Positions 39,958 through 51,003 of a stretch of 64,000 nucleotides of DNA are shown piece after piece. The stretch is from Puccinia triticina (Eukaryota). The stretch lies in contig CP110439.1 in NCBI GenBank assembly GCA_026914245.1, forward strand, positions 3,844,001-3,908,000. The letters are read 5' to 3'. How positions within the stretch are numbered: the stretch's first letter is position 1; each line of letters starts with the position of its first letter. The notes below the pieces were generated by a model. The model ran no database searches, had not been told where the DNA came from, and saw nothing but the letters and a program-made list of their open reading frames with translations. Made by a program: the position numbers and the translations under genes.

Positions 39958-41586
39958 TCAACTATCGTTTAAAGCAACAGCGACACAAGGTTTGGAGTGT
40001 CCAGAGTATTGTCGGACGGTTTGACCCGAGGCGAGTTCCCACAGCCGGGCGGAATGGTCGGAGGAAGCCGAGACGAGATAGGCCGAGTCGGCGGAAAATG
40101 CAAGATCCCATACCCATCTCTGGTGGTCGTATAGTGTCTTCTCAAGCTTTGGAGGCTGATTAGGTGTCAGTGACCATATCTTGATCGTGGTATCTGCCGA
40201 ACACGTCGCCAAAAGCCTGTATCACTCAAGAGTTTTTCCTCAGATCAATAATAACATTTTTTTCTCAACATTATGTATCGTCCTCACCTCACATCAGGGC
40301 TTAGTAGTACTTTCAAGCAGTAGCGCTTGTGCGCCTTAAACGTTGCCTCTGCTTGAAGATCTGTGTATCCTCCAATGGCTGATGTGGATATATTCCAGAG
40401 AAACACGTTGCCCTGTTCGCATTAAAGACAGGACCAACTGTCAAAAAGGACGTTCTCTTCGCGGGAAAGAAATTTTCTAACCGAGTTGTTTCCAGCAACA
40501 AGACAACTATTGTCACTAGCGATGCTGACACTTCTTTGGGGTACATCGTCTTCTGGGAACTGTTTGAGGTAAGTCAGAGTGTGGAGGTAAATGAGATACG
40601 AGTGCTAGAGAAGAGTTCGACGAAACTAATTCATGAGTACACGAGTCCGCAGCGAGGTCCCAGATCTTGATAGCCCCGGATTGATCGCACGAGATGATTT
40701 CACCTTGGTTTGGATGGATTGCAATATCTGTATGCGGTCCAGGGGTTACTGCTCCTGTCTATTTTAGTGACGTCGGGGCAGGGGTGTGGGCCTTACCATT
40801 TACGGCGCATTTGTGGTCATACTTTCCAATCAAATCAGAGCGGATATAAGTAACACAAACCCTCCAAGAGGAGACAGAGTGTTGGATAACAAACTCAACT
40901 GTGCGTTGTGCCACAGGTGTCCTGAGGAAAAGTTCGTAGTGGCTTAAGTAGTTATTTACGACGCCCGAGTCCGTGCTGAGCTGTTCTCACCGAGTGTCCC
41001 ATATTCGCATCGCACCATCCTCACATCCAGTGACGAACCATTTACTTTCTTTAGGCCACGCCACACTAGTAACATTTCCATTGTGGGGAAAGCTTTGAAG
41101 CTGTTGGAGGGGGGGGGGAAGATTTTAGCAGTTTTGAGGGTGGCATTTACTAGGAGCCCATCAGACCGCATGACTTACGAGACCGGTTTGAGCATGTGCC
41201 TGTTGTTGATGTTGAGATGTTGGATCGTTGGCTGGAGTCGCATGATTTGGAGCGGGATGATTAGAAGCTGTGGCGATCGCCACATCGTATAGTCTGACAT
41301 GCGCGTTTCCGGCAACAGCGAGATGGCGTTTATCAGGAGAAATAGCGAGTCGATTAATTTGCTAACAGAATAACTCCTAAGTCAGATAACCTCTTCTTCT
41401 GCTGGTAAGATAAATCATTGGAAACTCCCAAGTAGGACATACGCTTGACGGATGGTTGATACTTTTGACACAAATCCCAGACCACGCTTCCCAAAATCTG
41501 ATTGTATTATCGTATCCACCGGTGGCCAGAATGACATCCAACGGATTATTACTTTGGCCGGCTTCGAAGCCAACCGCGTCTGCCAT
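39958..41586 (-). CDS. LST8: TOR complex subunit LST8 (WD40 repeat protein), multi-exon
   Basis: [54 protein letters not shown] and [12 protein letters not shown]...[29 protein letters not shown]...VALND. GT-AG introns. Confidence 0.93.
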
Positions 41587-41831
41587 CGGTGGTGGCTGTG
41601 ATGATCCCGATCGGCGAAATGGAGTGGTTCCTGCTCAGATGGGGCCAGACGCCCATTTACATAAAGTTTCGATCTGGTGCCTCGGAGCCGGATGTGGCCT
41701 GATGTGGCCCAGCCTGCACCCTGACCCGCGGATATCGTTCCTTTCGACGGATACCACCGATCTCAACATCCGCCATCTGTTGTAGCATAGAGTAATCTTC
41801 ATACATAGATTCATCCACACTACCATGTAAT

Positions 41832-44505
41832 AGGGGGGTTCACAATAGGATAAAAATAAAATTTTAGAGTCAATTTTAAGGCCTTTATCAACAAATGTTT
41901 AAAAATCTGGCAAGATGTACAGGACTGGGTGTCTCCTGAGAATCAGAGCAACTTCTTCATTTTTTAAAAATTGTTCATAAAGACCTTAAAATTAGCTCTA
42001 AAGTTTTATATCCTACAGTTGCGGTAGGCATCTGTCAGGTCAAACTTTTGGCTGGTCCCAATTGCCATTGGGGGGCCCGGAATTTTTCAAAAAAACATAG
42101 GGGCCCCGCGGGGAGACCGGTGGTTGGAGTCAGCTGGACGTCCGCCATGGGTGAGAAAAATGAGAGAAAGTCAAGATCAGCTTGAGCCTGGTTGATTTTT
42201 TGGGGCAAAAACTATCTTATCTTTTCATTTTTATCAAGACCTGTTAAGCAGCTTTGAGGCTTGAAGCTATGTTATGTTCACAGATGTGTGAATTAAACAT
42301 GAGATTATGGCTTTAGAAAGCTCCATGAGCCCATAAAATAAGTATAAGTCCATATATAGGGCCTTATAGTATGTATATATGCCCAGGTGCCAATTGCAGA
42401 GATCAAAAAAATGAAACTTTTTTTTGGCTGGAGCAATCAGCAAGCCCACATTGTCAGCCTTAGAGTCATCTCAGCTGACCTAAAGTCTGCCTTTTTCTAC
42501 TTTATACATATGAATTACTTCATATCTTTTTCATCTTAATAGATAACCTTGTTTAGACTTCATATTCTGTTTCTTCATGCAATTTTAACCCTAGTTACAA
42601 CTTACCAATTCTTTGTAACTATACTCCTTCCCTGAATTACTGAGTTGTGGTGCACATGCGCAGTTGTGACGTGTCAGCGCTATCAGGCACGCCAAACCAC
42701 ATGTACATATGTAAATTACATAAGCAAACTGTGAAAATTTTTGTAGTCAGGATCCCCCTTGCCTGAGGCGGATCTACAGACTTCAGCACACCAGAACCAC
42801 ACCCCAGATAACTCCAGGATCACCACCAAAGAGATTACCACACTCCCAGTATACCTACTGTCACAGGCACCTAGGATATTGACAGTAAGTAACCTCTTTC
42901 ACTGAACCTTGTTTATCTCAGAGGTACAACTCTGTGTCTTGCTTGATCTGCTCTTTTCTGCTGGCCTTTGCCTCATTCTTGATCACAGGGCTGTCCCTTT
43001 TTAACTGCTTCTTTTTCTGTGGTTTTTGTAAGAACCAAACCACATAGGTTTCCCTTTAAAGAACCTTGACTATCCAGAAGGAAGCAAAAACATTGTGGCT
43101 GGATTAAACTTATCTAATCCAGAGGCCCTCCATGTTTCTTTGGTGAGAGGAGGCTGTAGCTCTCTCTAGCACAGCTTGGCAGCACTCTTCTGAAGAGGTA
43201 GCATTGCCAGTGGACGTGCATTCCCACCTGAATAACCTTGAATATCTGCAAATCTTGATTCTGCTCAGTTTCCCTCTCTCTTTCTCTTTCTCTCTTATAT
43301 TTGTATTTTCTTTATCCAAAGAAGTCCAAATATTGCCCCCCCCATTTCTTGTGTCCTGTTGCCACCATAGAGACTCAGGCTCACACACATAGGTTTAGAA
43401 TCTACAACCTCCAAAGACCCCAAAAAATGTGGTCAATGTGAGTTTTGGGCCTATGTTACACTCTCAGGTTTGCCCCACATCTGGTTGTCAAATTTTGCCC
43501 GCGGGTTGGTACTGACGGTGTAAGACTCAAAACTGATTGTGAAATCCTTTTGCTGAATGGAGAAGGGGATGATGGAGGTGCAAACTCTGCCCTTCTATAC
43601 TATCCAATAACAAGACCCACCAGGCTAAGCTTGGTTTAATCAAGTGATAGGTCTGGTCTAGTTCCAGATGAAGTTGTTTGACAACAGGTATGTGAGAGTT
43701 GATTTGCAAATATATGAGGGTTGTGGTGATGTATGGATGTGATGGTAAGTGTGAAGGTGGTATGTAAATAACTGGGGAGTACTGAGCTGAGGGAAAAACA
43801 ACTGGGGGGAGAGAGCTCCTTATATAGACAAATGTGAGGGATTTTAGCTACAAGGGGGACCCTGCATGAGGGAATTTAGCTAGTGGGGCTGTGCACAAGT
43901 GGTGTCAGAAGATACTAAATACAGGTAGAAAGTGGGGTGAGAAATGAAGAATGAGGTCATACTAATGCAAGGAGTGCATAAACAAAGTGGGGAAATGTCA
44001 AATACAGGGGTACCTCATGCAAGGGGTGCATGAGTGGTGTCAGAATAATGTAAAGAGTGCAGAAATGCCAAAATGGGGTCAGAAGACTGCATGCAGCTGC
44101 AAGGGGTGCATAAATGATGCGGGGACATGTCAAATACAGAAGAAATGGGATTGGTCCCCTGCATATGCAGTGGAGATAGGTAGGATAAGAAAGAGTATGT
44201 GTTTGGCTGGGGCTGAGTATCTGGGAAAGGTGACTTGAGGGGTGTGACAGGTTGATGACTGGGGCTGGCGGTGTCCATGAGGGTCCGACTCCAAGAGGGT
44301 GTAACTTCCAATCCAGCGGGGTTCCAGTGATGCTTCCAGTGGTGAATAGGGGTAAAATTGGCTGTAGAATACATTTCTGAGGTCCATTTGGTTGTATCTT
44401 GAGGCCTAGGGCAAGTAAATATATGTATGAGAAAAAAACTTTTGATTTTTCACTTTTCCATCTACCACAATGGATGACTACCGCAACTGTATTGTGAACC
44501 CCCCT
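41832..44505. mobile_element. PIF/Harbinger-superfamily-like non-autonomous element with AWT TSD, probably containing LTR-like pieces
   Basis: AAT|AGGGGGGTTCACAAT...ATTGTGAACCCCCCT|AAT. Confidence 0.65.
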
Positions 44506-44599
44506 AATAGAATTCCCATACTATTACATAATACTTGACTGCTCTTCCTGTGGTTAGAATATTGTAACTTCATATAAAGAGCTTGTCTTCCTACTCATT

Positions 44600-44970
44600 A
44601 AGGGGTTTCAAACTACATAGACCCGCGCATCCAACTTGCAAGGCAAGGCAAGCCGGTGTTGAACGTTGACTTGCAGTCTCCCAAAAAAACTGGGTTATAC
44701 AAAGTGACCTGCATGCACGCGCGGGTCTACTTTGAAACCCCCTATTAAATAGGGGGTTTCAAAGTTGGCCAGATGTGACTTGCATGCACTTTTGCAAGTC
44801 GGTGTTCAAGTTCATTCTTGAACACCAAGTTGCAAAAGTGCATGCAAGCCATTAATACACCCCCTAAGCCTGCTTGAATGTTTTTTTGAAATTTGGTCTT
44901 CAATGAAAGCCTTGAACACCAACTTGCAAAAGTGCATGCAAGTCATGCATGGCCAACTTTGAATCCCCCT
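44600..44970. mobile_element. Two adjacent MITEs (44600-44743 and 44751-44970) with AGGGGGTTTCAAA TIRs
   Basis: The first is flanked by ATT/ATT, the second by AAT/ATT. Both are palindromic and related to each other. Confidence 0.7.
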
Positions 44971-46912
44971 ATTGATTATTGGATGACTTCCCGTCAAGCC
45001 TGGGAGCCTCTCAGATCTCAATTTACACCACCAAAATCTTAATTTTTGGAAAAAAGGAAAAAAAAAATCCTAAGCCTGAGGCTGTAGTTACTAGTAGTAG
45101 AGATGGCCCAGTGGAACCGGGTACCTAGTTGTTTTTTTCAAAAAACGGACACCTGGTACCGCACCTGGCACCGCTTGACAGGGTACCTCCCATCCTTCCG
45201 TTGATTCTGGAGCATTTCCTGATTTTTGTGAGATTACACGCCTAGGTGAACGGCTGCCAACTCATAAATTGAGCAAGCGGCCGGGGACTCAATCAGCTGC
45301 GGAAAATGGTAAGCAAAGCAAACCATATTCCGCAGTCCAAAACTCGCTCCGCAGGGTCGTTAAACTGACTCATCAAACTTTGATGCAAGCAGGCACGGCT
45401 CCAGCGCATAGCAAAATCAAGCTTGCGGTAAATCCCAAGCCAAAGTCCCTTAAAGCAAGAATAACATTGCCCACCAAAGGTGAGCAAAAAATGATTAAGC
45501 TTTAACACTGACCATTTGTGTGCTAATGCCTTGATCCTTTCTTGCAGACCAGACCAAGTCGAAAAGAAAAAGACCGCTCGAACCGATCCCACACAAAGTG
45601 CAGGGAAAACAATTGGTGAGTGAACGTGTCCACAACCCAGCAAATGGAAACTAAGTGCTAAAAGAATTGCACCACCGTTATAGATAACGCTGCACTATTC
45701 CTTTGCTGTTTCGCTGAGAACCAATCAAACGGATCCTAAGACCCGCAGGCTCAAAGAGCGTAAGAAACAGACCCAAAGAGATCCAACGACAGAATGAGGA
45801 ATGAGCTGACAAAGGTCAATGGTGCGCAGATTGTAAAGACGACATACGCAGAACCCTTGCAGTTTTCATCCTCACTTTCTTTTAAACTCCCATCTGGCAA
45901 GAGCGGCCCATTTTCTTGCTCCTAGGTAAATACTTGGGAAATTTTCTTTTCTTAATTATCAGATAGAAAACAGCTGTGATTTAGCTACACAGAGTCTGAT
46001 TAAAAGAAATAAAATCCTAGTCCTTTGAATTCTCTCAATTTTGAGCTACAGTTTTCTTCCTCTTGGTCAGTTTGACTGCTGCTTTCAATAGGTTTGTTCT
46101 CCGGTTGAAGGCTAAGTTGAGAGGAAACCATTGAAGGCGCCTGCAAGGAGTTGAGTTGGGTTTTGTTGCATTTGGGTGGCATCAACAGGGCTGGCTGTGT
46201 GGTGGAGGTAGGCTTGTGTAGCCCGGCGGTCAGGGGTGATGGCGGCAGATTGGCTCTGAGACACTGTTAGTGTCTCAAAGGAATTGGCCCCTTGTGATGG
46301 TGGCTGGGGGCAAATGTTGAGGGTAACTTGGTGACAAGTGTTGAAGGGAACAAGGGATGAATACTGAAGTTCACAGACAAACAGTCTTGTGACACTCAGG
46401 AGTAAGAGAAAGATATGGTTCTGATTCACTGGGGGAAGAAACTCCTAGAACAACTCAGTATAGACTATATACAAGTTGTTAGTGTTATGGATTGAAGCAT
46501 ACTACATAATGGATATAAGCATATCTCAACACACCCCCTTGCTGAAGACCATAACTACTTAAAGAAATATTTAAACTACTTAATGTACCTAGTAGACCAT
46601 ATTTCTGACAGGGAACAGAAAATAAAATAAAAAACTCTTTTAAAATCAAGTTAGAGATCCAATGATGCTAAAGAACAGGGAAATGTCATGACAACAAATA
46701 TACTCTAAACGACCATTGAGGAATTAACTATCAGGTTGTGCCGGTGTTGCCCTTCCTACAAATAAAAGTTTTCTTCTACTTCAGATTCATCCCCAAACAA
46801 TGTTGATTTCTCTGTCAAAGTCGTCCTTGTCATCATCATCTTCTTCTTCGTCCTTGCTTGGACCAACTCCTCCAAGACGACACGTCGACACCGCACCAGC
46901 TTGAGTTTTGAA

Positions 46913-47710
46913 TCAAGCTTTTCCTTTGTTTTTGGCCGGGGGGTTGGGATAGGCGGATGAGTGGTGTCCAATTTCGCCGCAGTTCCAACAACCAGGTTTC
47001 TTCTTCCTAGTAACCGCCGGAGACGCGAAAGCTTCTGGAGCAGTGTGATCAAAATAAACTTGCATCAAGACCTCGTGCGCTTTGAGCGCTCCAATAGCGT
47101 CGTTGAGTGACATCTCGTTCGGAGAGTACACAAGATGGTCCCTGATCGGCTTCCAGGAGTCGTCCAAGCCGCGAAGGAGACAATCGCAAACCTGTTGGTC
47201 CGCAGGAGCAAGCTTGACTGACTTGAGGTTGGAGGCCGAGTTTTGGATTTGAGCAATCCAGGTGGCAATTGGCTTATTTGGGTTGTGACAAGCCGTCCAG
47301 AAGGCATCTTGAAGCATCATGTGGCGTGCTCAGGTGTTCTTTTCATACGCCTCACAGATTGTTTTGAAGAGCGTACTCACGGGCTTGGTGTCTTTATAAC
47401 GAATCGCTAGATCAATGGACAAAGTCATTTTCAAGGTTGCCCTGGCAATGTCTGATAAGGTGTCCCAATCGGTGCCGGATTCCTCAGCGTAATACAATCG
47501 GTGAGAACCTTGAGTTAACGGCTTTGATTCCTTGTCTTTGTAGTCCATCTCAGGTCGGAGGAGCCTGCCGGTCACGATGTCGTGCACCCCTTGAATAGCA
47601 AACAGTTCCTCGAGTCGGGTGCGCCAAGCGGGGAAACCGACTGAGTTACCGTCCAGGACCGGGACTTTCCCAATAAGGGCCGATGGATTTTGAATCGTAC
47701 AAGCGGGCAT
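46913..47710 (-). pseudogene. Copia gag (UBN2-like region plus degenerate zinc knuckle), interrupted by a stop at ~47330
   Basis: KVPVLDGNSVGFPAWRTRLEELF, CLLRGLDDSWKPIRDHL and CWNCGEIGHHSSAY. Confidence 0.8.
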
Positions 47711-47788
47711 TTTGTTAAGTCTAGAGCAAAGGGAGATTGGGTTTACAAAGTGAGAGCGCAAGACCGATTGTTGTTGAGAGAAAAAAAT

Positions 47789-49811
47789 GGGTCAGCCTAA
47801 ATGCACTCCAAAAAAATCCCAAAAGCACTCCAAAAGTGAGTGTATGGAGTGTGCACTCCAATGATTGTTGGAGTACAGACTAGAGTACTCCAAGTCAATT
47901 GGAGTGCAGAGCCGGGGACTCAAGACTCTTTGGAGTGCACCACAAAGAACTCCAGTGGCCAGGAAATGTAATGAGTGCCCATGAGTCTCACTCCATCATA
48001 TTGGAGTGCATTCCCCCAGCACTCCATTCCTGATATTTCTCCTCCTCAAAAGGGGAGTGCAGTACTGTGCACTCCAGCCAGATGCCTAAAACTTCAACTG
48101 GGCTATGTACAAACACACCCCACTTGATCCTCCTGATATCCATGACCGGTACAGACCGGCATTGAGCGGATTAACATCTCCTCTCAATGACCAGTCTGTA
48201 CCGGACCGCCGGTCATTGAGGGGAATCACAGAAATCACACCTCTTGATGACCGGTACAGACCGGTCATCAAGGGGAGTAACATCTCCTCTCAATGACCGG
48301 TCTGTGCCAGTCACCGAGGGGACTCACACCTCTCGATGACCGGCGCGGACCGGTCACACCTCCCGATGACCGGCACAGACTGGTCATCGAGGGGACTCAC
48401 ACCTCGATAATCGGTCACACCGGTCATCGAGGCTAATAACACCTCCTCTTGATGACCGGTCATCACCGGTCATCGAGGTGAGTCACATCTCTCGATGACC
48501 GGTCAGACCGGTCATTGAGGGTAATAACACCTCTTGATGACCGGTGATGACCGGTCATTGAGGTGAGTCACATCCCTCAATGACCGGTCAGACCGGTCAT
48601 CGAGGGGAATAACACCTCCTCTTGATGACCGGTGTGTACCAGTCATCGAGGGGAGGCGCTACTCTCAATGACCGGTCGGTCTGACCGGTCATTGAGAGGA
48701 GGTGCTGCTCCCCTCGGTGACCGGCACAGACCGGTCATCAAAGGGACTCACACCTCTCAATGCTCCCGATGACCGGTCGGTCATTGAGAGGGCTCACACC
48801 GCTCACACCACTCGATGACCGGTCAGACCGGTCATCAAGGGTAATAACACTCGATGACCGGTGATGACCGGTCATTGAGGTGAGTTACATCTCTCGATGA
48901 CCGGTCTGTGCCGGTCATCGAGGGGAGTAACATCTCCTCTCGATGACCGGTCTGTGCCGGTCATCGAGGGGAGTAACATCTCCTCTCAATGACCGGTCAG
49001 ACCAACCGGTCATCAAGAGTAGCACCTCCCCTCGATGACTGGTACACTGGTCATCGAGAGGTGTTATGTATTACCCTGGATGACTGGTCTGACCGGTCAT
49101 CGAGAAATGTGACTCACCTCGATGACCGGAGATGACCGGTCATTGAGAGGTGTGAGTCCCCTCGATGACCGGTCTGACCAATCATCGAGAGGTGTGAGTC
49201 CTCTCAATGACCGGTGGTGACTGGTCATCGGGAGGTGTGACTGATGACCGGTCCGCGCTGGTCATCAAGAGGTGGGAGTCCCCTTGATGACCGGTAAAGA
49301 CCGGTCATTGAGAGTAGCACCTCCCCTCGTTGACCGGTACACACCGGTCATTGGGAGGTGTGACTGATGACCGGTCCGCGCCGGTCATCAAGAGGTATGA
49401 GTCCTCTGGATGACCGGTCGTGTGAGTCCCCTCAATGACCGGTCCAGACCGGTCATCAAGAGGTGTGATTGCTGTGGGCACTCCAAAAAAAAGGAGACTT
49501 GGAGTGCACCCCAATGCACTCCATTTGGTATTTGCTAGCTGGAGTGCAAAGCCAAAATCCTTCACTGAAAAGGTGGAGTGCTTGGGCTTGCACTCCATTT
49601 TTTTTGGAGTGCATCTAGCTGCACTCCCCTATTTTGGTCAATTTTGGAGTACCCAGTTGTGTACTCCAAGAAACATGGAGTGCCCATCAGGGGACTCCAT
49701 GTTTTGGGAGTACAAAATCAAGGCACTCCAACTTTTTTGGAGTGCTGGCCCCCCAAAGCCAAAAATGTGGAGTGCATGAAGTAAAAGTTTGGAGTGCATT
49801 TAGGCTGACCC
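47789..49811. mobile_element. Foldback element with GGGTC termini and a large palindromic minisatellite, inserted in the Copia leader
   Basis: TIRs GGGTCAGCCTAAATGCACTCC. Perfect 8-bp TSD AAAAAAAT. GGAGTG/CACTCC subterminal motifs. GATGACCGG array at 48140-49460. Confidence 0.88.
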
Positions 49812-50548
49812 AAAAAAATTTGTCAAGAGCAGGTTGAGCGGATGGGCCTCATAACCTGTTGAAGGGAACAAGGGATGAATACTGAAGTTCACAGACAAAC
49901 AGTCTTGTGACACTCAGGAGTGAGAGAAAGATATGGTTCTGATTCACTGGGGGAAGAAACTCCTAGAACAACTCAGTATAGACTATATACAAGTTGTTAG
50001 TGTTATGGATTGAAGCATACTACATAATGGATATAAGCATATCTCAACAACAAGGGGGTACCCTCCAGGTGGGACCAGGTACCCCCAAACCGGTACCACA
50101 AGGCCATCTCTATGTAGTAGCCTGTAGTTCATTACTTTCATGTGTGCTGTTTGTTGCTTTGGTAGATGTCTTAATTTAGAAGTTAAAGGGGCATCTAGAT
50201 TCTAGAGCTCTCTAAATGCTGATGGGAAGTCACCCATTGATAATATCATTGGTATTCATACTTCACACTCTATTACCATCCATCCAAAACCCATGTTGAG
50301 GTCTTGGGTTTTCCAGGCATTCCCAGAAGAGCTTTATTGGATTTTCCAGGTCTTCCCCCAAAGAAACCCCCCATGGCTGAGTGTCTTGCAGTATCTGGCC
50401 GGATTCCGGAAATTATCGCAGCCCAATCCCCAACCCTCATCCAGTCTGCAGGTTTTCTCTCCAGATTGGCCGGTTCCGGATCAGAGACCTGTGTACCTTA
50501 TCAGTTTACAGCATGCCAGAATCCCTCTCTCTCCTTCTCTGCTCCATT

Positions 50549-50735
50549 AGGGGGGTTCACAATTGAAGTTTGCAAAAATTTAGGACACATTTTAACCTGT
50601 TTATGAACACCTTTTTTGAACAATTGGCAAGCTGCACTGATTGATGAGCATCTTGGACAGCTTGCCAAAAATTCAAAGTTTAAGACCTTAGATTGACCTC
50701 CAAAGTATTGTAAAATTCAATTGTGACCTCCCCCT
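50549..50735. mobile_element. MITE of the AGGGGGGTTCACAAT family
   Basis: ATT|AGGGGGGTTCACAATTGAA...TTCAATTGTGACCTCCCCCT|ATT. Confidence 0.7.
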
Positions 50736-51003
50736 ATTAAATATGACAGTTTCAGTAGCAACAAAAATAATCAAATCCGCAGCACACTAATAAGGTTCTC
50801 ATTTAAAACTTCAAGCCAATTTGGCTGGAGAGCAGCGTATTTACTTATAAGCAGACCAGCTGTCAAATGTGAACCATTGTGGCGAGGTTTAGTGAAAGAT
50901 TTACATAAATATTTAAATATGTAACTTGCTGAAAGGGAACATAGCGCTGCGTCTTCGTCGGGGCCTCCTCACCCTCCTGTAGTCTTCTGAAGTCGAAGTG
51001 GCT

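Larger units (their letters stand above)
46339..50049 (-). mobile_element. Gag-only Copia-type LTR retrotransposon
   Basis: 193-bp TG...CA LTRs at 46339-46531 and 49857-50049, nearly identical. 5-bp TSD ACAAG. PBS GGTTATGAGGCCC after the 5' LTR and PPT AAGGGGGTG before the 3' LTR. Confidence 0.92.
45098..50112. mobile_element. hAT-like non-autonomous element hosting the Copia element
   Basis: TIRs TAGAGATGGCC/GGCCATCTCTA. GGTACC subterminal motifs at both ends. Flanks ACTAGTAG/TGTAGTAG match 6 of 8. Confidence 0.6.

Noticed and set aside
43454..44249. Solo LTR (TGTTACAC...GTGTGACA)
   Set aside because: It has LTR-like ends and a TATA-like motif but no matching TSD, so it is not listed as a separate feature.
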